Shown here piece by piece: positions 44,401-52,390 of a stretch of 64,000 bases of DNA. This DNA is from Terriglobia bacterium (GTDB lineage: Bacteria > Acidobacteriota > Terriglobia > Bryobacterales > Bryobacteraceae): contig JAIQEX010000013.1 in NCBI GenBank assembly GCA_020073615.1, forward strand, positions 9,786 through 73,785. The letters run 5' to 3'. How positions within the stretch are numbered: the stretch's first letter is position 1; each line of letters opens with the position of its first letter. The notes below the pieces were generated by a model, which was not told the DNA's origin, did not search any database, and saw only the letters and a list, made by a program, of their open reading frames with translations. Position numbers and translations under genes: made by a program.

Positions 44401-45106
44401 GCTCGCTGTAGCGCCGCGCCTTGGAGGCCTGCCGCTTGAGCGAATTCACCTGGCGGGTGACTTCCTCCAGAATGTCGTAAACCCGCGCCAGGTTCTGCTT
44501 GGCGCCCTCCAGTTTGGCCTCGGCCAGCCGTTTGCGGGTCTTGAAGCGGGTGATGCCGGCGGCCTCTTCGATCACCGAGCGGCGGTCCTGCGGCTTGGAG
44601 CTGAGGATCTGGCCGATGCGCCCCTGCTCGATGATGGCGTAGCTCTCCGGCCCCAGGCCGGTGCCCATGAAGATGTCCTGTATGTCGCGCAGGCGCGCCG
44701 GCCGGCCGTCAATCAGGTATTCGCTTTCCCCGGAGCGGAACAGGCGCCGGGTAATGGTGACTTCGCCGGGCCGCAGCGGCTGTCCGGGCTCCACCGGGAC
44801 GGGACCGGCATGTTCCGGCCGTGCGTGCACCGGGGCGGCCGGGTCCACCAGGGTCATGGTCACGTAGGCCATGCCCAGCGGCTTGCGATCACGTGTGCCC
44901 GCGAAAATTACGTCCTCCATGCGCGTGCCGCGCAGGCTCTTGGCGGACTGTTCGCCCAGCACCCAACTGATGGCATCGCTGATATTGGACTTGCCACAGC
45001 CGTTGGGTCCCACGATGGCGGCGATGCCTTCCCCGCTGAAACGGAGCTCGGTACGCTCGCAGAAGGACTTGAATCCCTGCAGTTCGATGCGTTTGAGTTT
45101 TAGCAA
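41462..45106 (-). CDS. smc: chromosome segregation protein SMC
   Basis: It has Walker A 'GPNGCGKSN', long coiled coils, a hinge, the signature 'LLSGGEKAL' and Walker B 'FCVMDEVDAPLD'; 1214 aa. Confidence 0.95.
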   Translation of the reverse strand: MLKLKRIELQGFKSFCERTELRFSGEGIAAIVGPNGCGKSNISDAISWVLGEQSAKSLRGTRMEDVIFAGTRDRKPLGMAYVTMTLVDPAAPVHARPEHAGPVPVEPGQPLRPGEVTITRRLFRSGESEYLIDGRPARLRDIQDIFMGTGLGPESYAIIEQGRIGQILSSKPQDRRSVIEEAAGITRFKTRKRLAEAKLEGAKQNLARVYDILEEVTRQVNSLKRQASKARRYSELKGELEARLRVALSGKYRLLERDAAKTAIDLNLAAAELRSLGEQVAVREQAHEQNQADCYETERRLTEARSVLAEMNLERERTRGRLESQAKESGAIEQRIAQAENEARELTLRLEALEQETSVHRQTVEGLEGQIAQGRARTLEINEQREQLQTRVGERERAIETGRQAILRLLGEASTLRNQLAQVEEYLAGVERETARATREDQVATGEIERLEASRRQLSETVAARQLELESVVAERGRTEEDLAGQRRAAAELRREIDALKDEVSQLQARKESLEQVLAHRTYTTESVKRLFASLETGQAAGLAPLGVLADYVEVDAHLEKPAEEFLHEELEYVVVENWQQAERGLEFIRAERDGRATFLVHPEPNGNGHGHLPEPDIGPETGIAARLSESLRLTNGFKDRAVDLLPRLSLCFLAEDRAAAQRLAVAYPHLYFLLADGVSYHGHTVTGGNKTGAGPLAMKRQARELAVTLRTRQKALDERLGKLDGLSQEIIALEASLEHLRGLQQSREKDRVALDHQMGKLGEDLARSNSRLSVARLELERLRRDASQSAGQRERNLAAVEEKERLRAGHEEALEGERRELEKLEGEAAAIGEEHAATRAALAGLEERHRGERSAMGRLEQQSRETAGRRDAIAPAIELMGEQRARLLADNIGLEEKSARLAGEIAGLETTVAETAAREAAMREALRAGEEELKGFRAGVQEGLERRSQIEVELVRKQAELRFLDETSRKELNCPVESLAAADDPVPGEDAIAEAAQAADEVRNRIEALGPVNQAAMEEFQEAHERQEFLSAQRQDLIDSIRDTEKAIQDIDEVSRQKFAEAFEAINANFRVSFQTLFGGGTGEMRLTDQENLAESGIDIVCSPPGKRLQNVLLLSGGEKALAAVALLMAIFRYQPSPFCVMDEVDAPLDEANIGRLTRLLAEMSHQTQFVVITHSKRTMEAAQSLYGVTMQEPGVSRLVSVRFHGEAAAPAA

Positions 45107-45347
45107 AGCGTTATCCTCTGCTTCGGGGGAGTTGCAACCATACTAACCGCGCCGCGGCCAAAAGTAAAGCAAATCCACCACAGCAACCAGTATCCCCGAA
45201 AATTATCCCCCAAGATCTTGGGTAGCGTGTCCGCCGATCGCATGCGGCACCGCCTGCGCCACCAGGACACACCTCCTGCCTTTGCAGTGGTGGGGCAGGC
45301 GGTGCCGCCTGCCGGGCCAAGTGGACGGGCAATTTCTTCGCGGCTTC

Positions 45348-46121
45348 TCATTGTCCCGGCTCCGCCAGAGAGGGCCAGCGGGGCTGCCGCTTCTCCCGGA
45401 AGGCGCGGATACCCTCTTGAAAATCCGGGCTTCGAAACACTTCGTTGCGCACGCGGCGGGCAATCTGGCCGGCCGCATTCCAGTCCTGGCCGCGAACCTG
45501 ATGTACGAAGCCCATTCCCTGGCGGATGGCGGTGGGGCTGAAAGCGGCAATGGATTCCGCCACTTCCAGGGCGCGCGCGTCCGCGTCCGGGGCGATCTCG
45601 TGAGCCAGTCCGATCTCCTTGGCCTCCCGGGCCTCCAAGGCACGGCCGGTGAGGGCCATTTCGAGCGTGCGGCGCTCCCCCAGGGCGGCAGCGACGGCGC
45701 GGAACACCAGGAACGGCCACAGGCCCAGGCGGATCTCGGTGAGGCCAAAAGAGGCGTCCTCGGCGGCAATCACCACGTGGCAGTTGGCCACCAGGCCGGT
45801 GCCGCCCCCCAGCGCCGCCCCCTGGACGGCGGCCACCAGCGGGGTGGCGAGGCGCGCGCCGATGGTGAACAGCCGCTCGTGCGCGCGGTTGATCTCCTCC
45901 ACGCTTCCCTGGGCGATCTCGCCGAGGTCCATCCCGGCGCAGAAGGCTATCCCGTTACCGGTCAGCAGGATGGCGCCGATTTGCGGATCGCGGCCGGCGT
46001 CCTCGAGCGCCCCGGCCAAGGCGCGGCAGAGCTCCGCGTTCAGGGCGTTGCGCTTCTGCGGGCGGTTGAGGAAAAGGCGCAGCACCCGGCCGCGTTGCAC
46101 GGCTTCGAGAACATCGCTCAT
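45348..46121 (-). CDS. enoyl-CoA hydratase/isomerase (crotonase) family protein
   Basis: 'LNRPQKRNAL' and 'GNGIAFCAGMDL' fit the crotonase fold; 257 aa. Confidence 0.85.
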   Translation of the reverse strand: MSDVLEAVQRGRVLRLFLNRPQKRNALNAELCRALAGALEDAGRDPQIGAILLTGNGIAFCAGMDLGEIAQGSVEEINRAHERLFTIGARLATPLVAAVQGAALGGGTGLVANCHVVIAAEDASFGLTEIRLGLWPFLVFRAVAAALGERRTLEMALTGRALEAREAKEIGLAHEIAPDADARALEVAESIAAFSPTAIRQGMGFVHQVRGQDWNAAGQIARRVRNEVFRSPDFQEGIRAFREKRQPRWPSLAEPGQ

Positions 46122-46196
46122 GAGATTCGCATCCGTAGGCAGGCGGAGACCAACGCTCCGGCGCGCGGAGCTCGCGCCGTGGACCTATTATACCTC

Positions 46197-46520
46197 TTAT
46201 ACCTCGGGCGGCAGCTCGATTTCGAGCGCCAGCAGGGATGCGCCGAAAGTTTTGCCCTGGGCGTCGGTCCGCAGGGAGACGGTTCCTCCTCCGCCCAGCG
46301 CCTGGTGGAGCAGAAAATTCAAGGCGCCCAAGTTGGGCAGCTCGAAGCGCTCGACTTCGCCCGCGACCAACTCGCCGAAATGCCGCTTGACGCGCGCGGC
46401 GGTGACTTCGCGGACCAGCACCGGGTAGTGGCGCGGGTCGTAGGCGATCACGCCAATATTGCAGGTGTCGCCCTTGTCGCCGGAACGGGTGTGGGCGATC
46501 CGGGAGAGGGGAATCTTCAT
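46197..46520 (-). CDS. AtuA C-terminal-domain-like small protein
   Basis: 'HTRSGDKGDTCNIGVIA...VERFELPNLGALNFLLHQALGGGGTVSLRTDAQGK' matches what I recall of the C-terminal module of AtuA/DUF1446 proteins. Confidence 0.55.
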   Translation of the reverse strand: MKIPLSRIAHTRSGDKGDTCNIGVIAYDPRHYPVLVREVTAARVKRHFGELVAGEVERFELPNLGALNFLLHQALGGGGTVSLRTDAQGKTFGASLLALEIELPPEV

Positions 46521-46790
46521 GGAGATCTCGGTCCCATTGTGACACGTTGCGGGCGCCCAACCGGCTACTAGTACCGAAGAAAATTCCTACGGTACTAAAG
46601 CGGTCCAAAATTCTCTTTTTTTTGAGAAATTCACAGGTGTTCCTTGTATACTTCGGAGTGTGGTTGAGCTACTACCGCTGGCTTGGCATGTCCTCAAAAG
46701 GAGAATAGGGCCTTGTTAGGATTTATCGTGGTGGCGCCACAAGAAAGACTGATGCCCAGACACGAAAGGACAACACAAAAGGACGACGAT

Positions 46791-47498
46791 ATGAAAAAAC
46801 ATCTTGCATTCCTAGTGATTTGCGCATGCGTCATCGCCCTCGGCCTGCCGACTCAGGCGAACGCAATCACGACAGTGTTCATGACGGACAACCAGGCTGG
46901 CTTTGAGGGCTTGATGGCGAGTCCCCCGAACCTGCCGTTCTACCTCGAGAGCTTCGATGCCCTAAGCACTCTCGTGCCATCTCCGAACCAGTTCGGCGCG
47001 GGAGCGTTCGCGTACAGCGCTAGCGACGGGACCGAGACGGTTCCCACTACCTCGACCCTTCTGGCGCTACAGATGGCCGGCAGCGGTCTCGGCGACCTGT
47101 CTTTCACTTGGGACTTCAATAGAACCCTGACGCTGACGTTTAACGGAACCTCACCCGTCAACGCCATCGGCGGCAATTTCTTTGTCACCGACGGCAACCT
47201 TGTCTTGGCCCCAACTGACACCGTGTTTGTGAACCTGAATCTCGCCGACGGCTCCGCTGCCAGCTTTGGGGTCACCGCTGCGTCCATGAACGCTTTTACG
47301 GGATTCATCGCCTGGGACCCTGCCACCGACCAAGCCGTAGGCATCACGTCAGTTACTTTTGCAACGATCAGCGGCAATTTCGGCACCCTCAACAACCTGG
47401 AAGTCGGCACGGCCACTCCGGAACCGGCCACGTTCAGCATGCTGGGCGGCGCCCTGCTGGGACTCGGCCTGTTCGCGAAACGGTTGATCAAGAGGTAA
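46791..47498 (+). CDS. PEP-CTERM sorting-domain protein
   Basis: The signal peptide is 'MKKHLAFLVICACVIALGLPTQANA'. The C-terminus 'TPEPATFSMLGGALLGLGLFAKRLIKR' has the PEP motif, a TM helix and a basic tail. The segment is lower in GC. Confidence 0.8.
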   Translation: MKKHLAFLVICACVIALGLPTQANAITTVFMTDNQAGFEGLMASPPNLPFYLESFDALSTLVPSPNQFGAGAFAYSASDGTETVPTTSTLLALQMAGSGLGDLSFTWDFNRTLTLTFNGTSPVNAIGGNFFVTDGNLVLAPTDTVFVNLNLADGSAASFGVTAASMNAFTGFIAWDPATDQAVGITSVTFATISGNFGTLNNLEVGTATPEPATFSMLGGALLGLGLFAKRLIKR

Positions 47499-47565
47499 TC
47501 GTCCCGAACGTGGTCCGGTCTCGGGCCGCCACGGTCGAATTACAAATCCTCGAGCGTTCTGAGCG

Positions 47566-47596
47566 AAAGAGAGCCCGCAAGGGCTCTCTTTTTTTT
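47566..47596 (+). terminator. rho-independent terminator of the PEP-CTERM gene
   Basis: An 11-bp stem AAAGAGAGCCC/GGGCTCTCTTT with a GCAA loop, running into a T-tract through 47596. Confidence 0.65.
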
Positions 47597-47607
47597 CTTG
47601 CAGTGCG

Positions 47608-48942
47608 TTATTCCACCACTTCCACGCGCGTCGCGATCTCTTCGCGCGGCACCAGCGCCGACCAGTACGCCACAATCTCTCTTACCGGCGGGCGGCCCTC
47701 GCCGAAGCCGGTGGCGCCGGGCGGGCCATTCAACACCAGCGGAATCAACTCGCGCGTGAAGCGATCTACGGCCTTCTTGTCGGCGCCGCGCACGCCGATG
47801 CGAAGCTGCACTTCGGGCGGGTCGGCGTTGCGCGGCGCGGCGGCGCCGTGACAGGCGTTCACTCCGAAATACTCCGTGTAGATCTCGTCGAATGCCAGGC
47901 CCAGGCGGCGCAGGCGCTCACGCACGATGCCATCGGCGGCGCGTGCCTTTTCGAGCGCCTGCGGCCAGGAGTAGACCAGCGTGCCGATGGCCTTCCACCC
48001 GTTGGCGTAGCTGATGGAAAGCTTGAGGGTGGGCGGGCGCGGGCCGCCGCGGATGCCGCTCGCGCGCACGCGGTCCGGCCCGGCATCCTCCAGGCGGATG
48101 GTGGTGAAGTCGGCCACGCAGTCGGGGGTGATGTAGTTCCTGGGGTCGCCCAACTCGTAGAGCAGTTGCTCCTTCACGGTGTGGGAATCGACGCGGCCGC
48201 CGGCGGCGGGATGTTTGGTGACGCAGAACGAGCCGTCGGGTTCGGCCTCGACTATGGGGTAGCCAATGTTGGCCATGTCGGGGATGCTCTGCCAGTCCGC
48301 CTGGCAGTTGCCGCCGGTGGTCTGCGCGCCGCACTCGACGATGTGGCCGGCGATGGTGCCGCTGGCCAGCTTGTCGTACTCGCCGGGCTTCCAGCCGAAG
48401 CGGTGGACCATGGGGGCCAGCGTGAGCGCGGTATCGGTGGAGCGGCCCGCTACCACCACGTGCGCGCCGGTGGCCAGCGCCTCGGCCAGCGGGAAAGCGC
48501 CGATGTAGGCGTTGGCGCTAAGGATGCGGGCGCGGATCGCGGCCAGCGGTTCGCCCGTGTCCATATCGCGCATCTCGTAGCCCTTGGCCAGGAATTCGTC
48601 CAGGCGCGGGTACACGTCGTCGCCGGTCACCACCGCCACCTTCAATCCGGGGGCCAGGCGCACCACTTCGCGGGCGCAGGCGGCGGGGTTGACGCCGCCG
48701 GCATTGGCGACGACTTTCACATCGCGTTCGCGGATCTGGCGGGCGATGCGCGCGATGAGCGGCGGAAAGTCGCGCGCGTAGCCGAGTTGGGGATTCTCCT
48801 GCCGCTGCTTCTGCAGGATCGACATGGTGACCTCGGCCAGGTAATCGAGCACCAGGTAGTCGATGGGGCCCTGCTCCACCAGGCGCACCGGGGCTTCCAG
48901 CCAGTCGCCCCAGAATCCCTGGCCATTGGCGATGCGAATCAT
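47608..48942 (-). CDS. AtuA-family (DUF1446) protein, N-terminal/main domain
   Basis: The internal ATG at 48942 overlaps the upstream TGA (ATGA). 'IRIANGQGFWGDWLEAPVRLV...IDYLVLDYLAEVTMSIL' is the DUF1446 N-terminus. Confidence 0.8.
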   Translation of the reverse strand: MIRIANGQGFWGDWLEAPVRLVEQGPIDYLVLDYLAEVTMSILQKQRQENPQLGYARDFPPLIARIARQIRERDVKVVANAGGVNPAACAREVVRLAPGLKVAVVTGDDVYPRLDEFLAKGYEMRDMDTGEPLAAIRARILSANAYIGAFPLAEALATGAHVVVAGRSTDTALTLAPMVHRFGWKPGEYDKLASGTIAGHIVECGAQTTGGNCQADWQSIPDMANIGYPIVEAEPDGSFCVTKHPAAGGRVDSHTVKEQLLYELGDPRNYITPDCVADFTTIRLEDAGPDRVRASGIRGGPRPPTLKLSISYANGWKAIGTLVYSWPQALEKARAADGIVRERLRRLGLAFDEIYTEYFGVNACHGAAAPRNADPPEVQLRIGVRGADKKAVDRFTRELIPLVLNGPPGATGFGEGRPPVREIVAYWSALVPREEIATRVEVVE

Positions 48943-50591
48943 GGGCGCTCCGCTTCGCTCCGCGCCGGGGCCGGGGGCCAGGGGCCGGGGGCCGGGGAAG
49001 AGGGGCCGGGGGCCGGGGAGAGGCACGCTTCCAGGGCGAAGCTGAGCACGCGGCGCGTGTCGAGCGGGTCGATCACCGCGTCGGCGTGGCCGCGTGCGGC
49101 GGCAAAGCGGGCGTCCAGCCAGCGTTCGTAATCGGCGCGGGTCTTAGCAATTTCCTCCCGCAGTTCGTCGGGCAGGGCGCCGCCTTTGTGCTTCTCGATC
49201 TCCGCGGCAAACAGCGCATTCACCGCCGATTCGCCTTCCATCACGCCGATGCGCGCGGTGGGCCAGTTGAACGTGAAGTTGGGGTCGAAGCCCTGGCCGG
49301 CCATGGCGTAGTAGCCCGCGCCGCTGGCGTGGTTGAGCGTGAGCACGATTTTGGGAACGGTGGCGCAGGACATGGTCTCCACCATTTCCGCCCCGGCGCG
49401 AATGATGCCGGCGCGCTCGGCTTCCGGGCCCACCATGAAGCCGGAGACATCCTGCAGGTAGACGAGCGGGTGGCCCAGGCGCTCGCTGGTTTCGACGAAG
49501 TAGGCCACCTTGCGCGCCGATTCGGTATAGACGATGCCGCCGATGCGCGGGCGGCCTTCGGCCTTGAGAAACCCGCGTCGATTGGTGATCACGGCCACCG
49601 GTCGCCCCGCCAGGCGGGCGTTGGCGCACAGCAGCTCGGGCGCGTGCTCGGGTTGGAATTCGGCGTAATCGGCGGCGTCGAAAATGCGGTAGAGGACGTC
49701 CTCGATATCGTAGGGCAGGCGATGGTCGGCGGGCAGCACGCTGTAGAGTCCGGCGGCGTCGCGCTCGGGCGCGTCGCTCTCCGTGGGGCCGGCGGCGGGC
49801 GCGGGCATCTGGCGGAAGCGCTGGCGGATGCGCTCCAGGCAATCGGCGTCGTCGGCGGCCATGTAGTGCGCCACGCCGCTGATGGCGGTGTGCAGGCGCG
49901 CGCCGCCCAGCGGTTCGGAATCGATCACCTGCCCGGTGGCGCCCTTCACCAGGTTGGGCCCGCCCAGTCCCATGAAGCTGACGCCCTCCACCATGATGAT
50001 CACGTCGCTCAGGGCCGGCAGGTAGGCGCCGCCGGCGATGCACGGCCCCATCACCGCGGCGATCTGCGGGATGCGCAGTTTGCGCCGCATCAGGGAGTTG
50101 TAATAGAAGATGCGCCCGGCGCCGTACTGGCCGGGGAAAATGCCGTCCTGGTAGGGCAGGTTGACGCCGGCTGAATCCACCAGGTAGACGATGGGCAGCC
50201 GGTTGCGCATGGCGATCTCCTGCGCGCGGAGGATCTTGGTGATGGTCTCCGGCCACCAGGCGCCGGCCTTCACCGTGGCATCGTTGGCCACGATCACGGC
50301 GGGCCGGCCTTCCACTTTCCCCAGCCCGGTGACCACCCCGGCGGCGGGCGCCTGGCCGTCGTAGCGGTCATAAGCGAGGAGCAGGCCGATTTCCAGGAAG
50401 AACGCGTCCGGGTCGAGCAGGGCGGCAATCCGCTCGCGGGCGGTCAGCTTTCCGGCGCGGTGCTGGCGCTCGATGCGCGCCGCCCCGCCGCCCTGGCGCA
50501 GGCGCTTCTCCAGCTTCTGCAATTGCTCGACGAGCGTTCGCATGTGCGCGGCGCGCGCCGTTTTGGAAGGAGTCTCGATGGGGGGTTCCAC
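48939..50591 (-). CDS. acyl-CoA carboxylase carboxyltransferase beta subunit (MccB/LiuB/AtuC-like)
   Basis: 'GKLTARERIAALLDPDAFFLE' and 'GPCIAGGAYLPALSDVIIMV' are carboxyltransferase motifs. The unusual Pro-rich C-terminal tail is encoded by the G-run repeat. Confidence 0.9.
   Translation of the reverse strand: MEPPIETPSKTARAAHMRTLVEQLQKLEKRLRQGGGAARIERQHRAGKLTARERIAALLDPDAFFLEIGLLLAYDRYDGQAPAAGVVTGLGKVEGRPAVIVANDATVKAGAWWPETITKILRAQEIAMRNRLPIVYLVDSAGVNLPYQDGIFPGQYGAGRIFYYNSLMRRKLRIPQIAAVMGPCIAGGAYLPALSDVIIMVEGVSFMGLGGPNLVKGATGQVIDSEPLGGARLHTAISGVAHYMAADDADCLERIRQRFRQMPAPAAGPTESDAPERDAAGLYSVLPADHRLPYDIEDVLYRIFDAADYAEFQPEHAPELLCANARLAGRPVAVITNRRGFLKAEGRPRIGGIVYTESARKVAYFVETSERLGHPLVYLQDVSGFMVGPEAERAGIIRAGAEMVETMSCATVPKIVLTLNHASGAGYYAMAGQGFDPNFTFNWPTARIGVMEGESAVNALFAAEIEKHKGGALPDELREEIAKTRADYERWLDARFAAARGHADAVIDPLDTRRVLSFALEACLSPAPGPSSPAPGPWPPAPARSEAERP
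48965..49020 (+). repeat. G-run repeat, copy B, with an internal approximately 21-bp tandem duplication
   Basis: There are eight runs of four or more G between 48967 and 49018. GGGGCCGGGGGCCGGGGAAGA is followed by GGGGCCGGGGGCCGGGGAGAG. The first 34 nt are 31/34 identical to the reverse complement of 25319-25352. Confidence 0.7.
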
Positions 50592-50605
50592 GGGCTGTCG
50601 GATCT

Positions 50606-51214
50606 CTATTGTACCGATTCGCCGTGTGGGGCGGACGCCCTCGTCCGGGCGCGGCCACCCGGCCGCGCTCTGCGGCCGATCGCCAGCGCCACCACCAGCA
50701 GGCCGCCCGCGGCAAGCGGGGCGCCCGCCGGCTCGGGCACTTCATTCTCATTCACCGGCGCGCCGCTGAAGATGTTATAGGTGTTGGGCGGCGCCTGGAA
50801 GGCCGTGAAATCGGCGAAGTCGCTGCCCGTGCCGGTCTGCGTCTCCACCAGAAAGACGTGCGGCGCCGCGTTCACGGTGTCGAAGCCGGGAAAACAGTTG
50901 CAGCCATCGGACAGCAACTGCGCGGTGCTGGCGGTGAGGCCGGAGCCGTCGTCGATGAAGTGCAACACATCGCTCCACTGGGTGACATCGTTGACGAAGG
51001 CCAGAGGATTCTCCAGCAGCACGACCCATCCCGAAAAAACGGACGTGCCGAGGGCGAAGACGCTGGAGACCTCCGCGGGGTTCCCTTGCGCATCGGTCTC
51101 GAAGATATTGCAGGTGACGCCGCCGGCGGCGTTGGCGGCGCAACTGGAGATGGGCCCGGCACTCGCCAGAGCGGCGGCCAGAAGCAACAGGATCGCGAGC
51201 CGCGTGCCCGGCAT
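50606..51214 (-). CDS. PEP-CTERM sorting-domain protein
   Basis: The internal ATG at 51214 gives the signal peptide 'MPGTRLAILLLLAAALASA'. 'VPEPAGAPLAAGGLLVVALAIGRR' is followed by an unusual extra 20-aa basic tail. Confidence 0.7.
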   Translation of the reverse strand: MPGTRLAILLLLAAALASAGPISSCAANAAGGVTCNIFETDAQGNPAEVSSVFALGTSVFSGWVVLLENPLAFVNDVTQWSDVLHFIDDGSGLTASTAQLLSDGCNCFPGFDTVNAAPHVFLVETQTGTGSDFADFTAFQAPPNTYNIFSGAPVNENEVPEPAGAPLAAGGLLVVALAIGRRARPGGRARTRASAPHGESVQ

Positions 51215-51216
51215 GG

Positions 51217-51606
51217 CTACTTCAGCCCCGAAAAATCGGCCGGGGACATGAAGACCGAATCCACCTTCTGCACGATGGGTCCGGCGGCTTCGGAATCGGC
51301 CTTGGCCTTCACCCATTCGGGATCGGCGCGGAACGCGGCCCAGTTCTTGTCGGCGGCTTCGCGGCTGGGGTGCACCAGGATGTAGATCAGGGTGTTCTTC
51401 GACCGCTCGGGGTCCTGGGGAATCCAGTAGCCGACGCTCTCCATGTTGTGGCGCTTGAAGATGGCGATGGTGTGGTCGCGGAAGCGGGCTTTCAGGGCTT
51501 CCAGCTTGCCTTCATGGCAGGTGTACGTGCGGAGCTCGAAGACGCGGTCCTGGGCGGCGGCGAAACCGGCGAAGAGGACGAGGAGCCATACCAGTCTGCG
51601 GGTCAT
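51217..51606 (-). CDS. NIPSNAP-family protein with signal peptide
   Basis: 'FELRTYTCHEGKLEALKARFRDHTIAIFKRHNMESVGYW' fits the NIPSNAP (dimeric alpha/beta barrel) pattern. Confidence 0.75.
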   Translation of the reverse strand: MTRRLVWLLVLFAGFAAAQDRVFELRTYTCHEGKLEALKARFRDHTIAIFKRHNMESVGYWIPQDPERSKNTLIYILVHPSREAADKNWAAFRADPEWVKAKADSEAAGPIVQKVDSVFMSPADFSGLK

Positions 51607-51651
51607 GAAGATAGTGTAGCGTGGGACCGGGCGGAGCTTCGCGGGCGCGCG

Positions 51652-52278
51652 TTATGCGCTTCGCCGAAGGCGGCGCCTGAGGAGCAGCAGCGAACCGCCG
51701 GCGGCGGTCAACCACACCGCGCCGGGCTCCGGCAAGGTGACGGGCGCCCTGGTGAAAACAATGTTGTCGATGCCGTACGGATGATATCCCGCGCCCGTTC
51801 CTTCAATCGTCACCTTGTCGAAGACGGCGCCGTTGAAGTCCAGGGTCGCGGTCGACCAGGTATTCACCAGGCCGAACGGGATGTTGACGGAACCCAGGGG
51901 GATGAGCCCGTTGAATGCCGACACCAGCACCGCATCGCCGACCTGCGAGCCGTTGGAGCGCGCTGCGTCGACAGAGAAGCTCAATAGCGGGGCGTCAAAG
52001 GTGATGGTCATCGCATACGACGGCCACCCGTTAAATGCATCAAAATAGGGTCCGTTGGTGCCGTTGAGGCCCCAATCGTAGGGATCGCCGTTGTCCAGCC
52101 CCACTTGCACCTCGTGATCCGTGAGGGTGAAGTGAACTCCAAGGTTGGCATAATTTTGATTTTGGCCCACCTGCGAGTACGGCACCAGATCGTCAAACGT
52201 CAATACCACAACACTGGCGCTCATCAGCAGGCCGGTGTTCAGCAAAGCAAGCCCCAAAATCAGGAGTAATCTTCGCAT
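51652..52278 (-). CDS. PEP-CTERM sorting-domain protein
   Basis: It has a signal peptide 'MRRLLLILGLALLNTG' and the C-terminus 'LPEPGAVWLTAAGGSLLLLRRRLRR'. Confidence 0.8.
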   Translation of the reverse strand: MRRLLLILGLALLNTGLLMSASVVVLTFDDLVPYSQVGQNQNYANLGVHFTLTDHEVQVGLDNGDPYDWGLNGTNGPYFDAFNGWPSYAMTITFDAPLLSFSVDAARSNGSQVGDAVLVSAFNGLIPLGSVNIPFGLVNTWSTATLDFNGAVFDKVTIEGTGAGYHPYGIDNIVFTRAPVTLPEPGAVWLTAAGGSLLLLRRRLRRSA

Positions 52279-52390
52279 GGTTCAACTGTATATCGACCGG
52301 CACAAAGAGTCAACGGATAAAAGGACCTGTTGGTACTATCGGTACTTTGTCGGGATATTGACGGCCCCGGCCACCCGCTGATACAATCTC

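Noticed and set aside
45294-45313. A perfect 9-bp hairpin GGCAGGCGG-TG-CCGCCTGCC lies downstream of the crotonase gene. It shares the 15-mer GGCGGTGCCGCCTGC with a weaker hairpin after the ADOP permease gene (31401-31415).
   Set aside because: No U-tract follows on either strand. The shared word is made of GC-rich tetranucleotides that are very common in this sequence. With only two copies I cannot distinguish it from chance, so it is not called as a terminator or repeat family.
46570-46577. A shared octamer AGTACCGA lies upstream of two PEP-CTERM genes (46570-46577 plus strand, 52339-52346 minus strand). Each has a nearby second GTAC-containing half-site, for example the inverted repeat TAGTACCG...CGGTACTA at 46569-46597.
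   Set aside because: An 8-mer match between two upstream regions of about 110-250 nt is expected by chance roughly one time in three. The distances to the start codons differ (about 220 versus about 60 nt), and the half-site arrangements differ (inverted versus direct).
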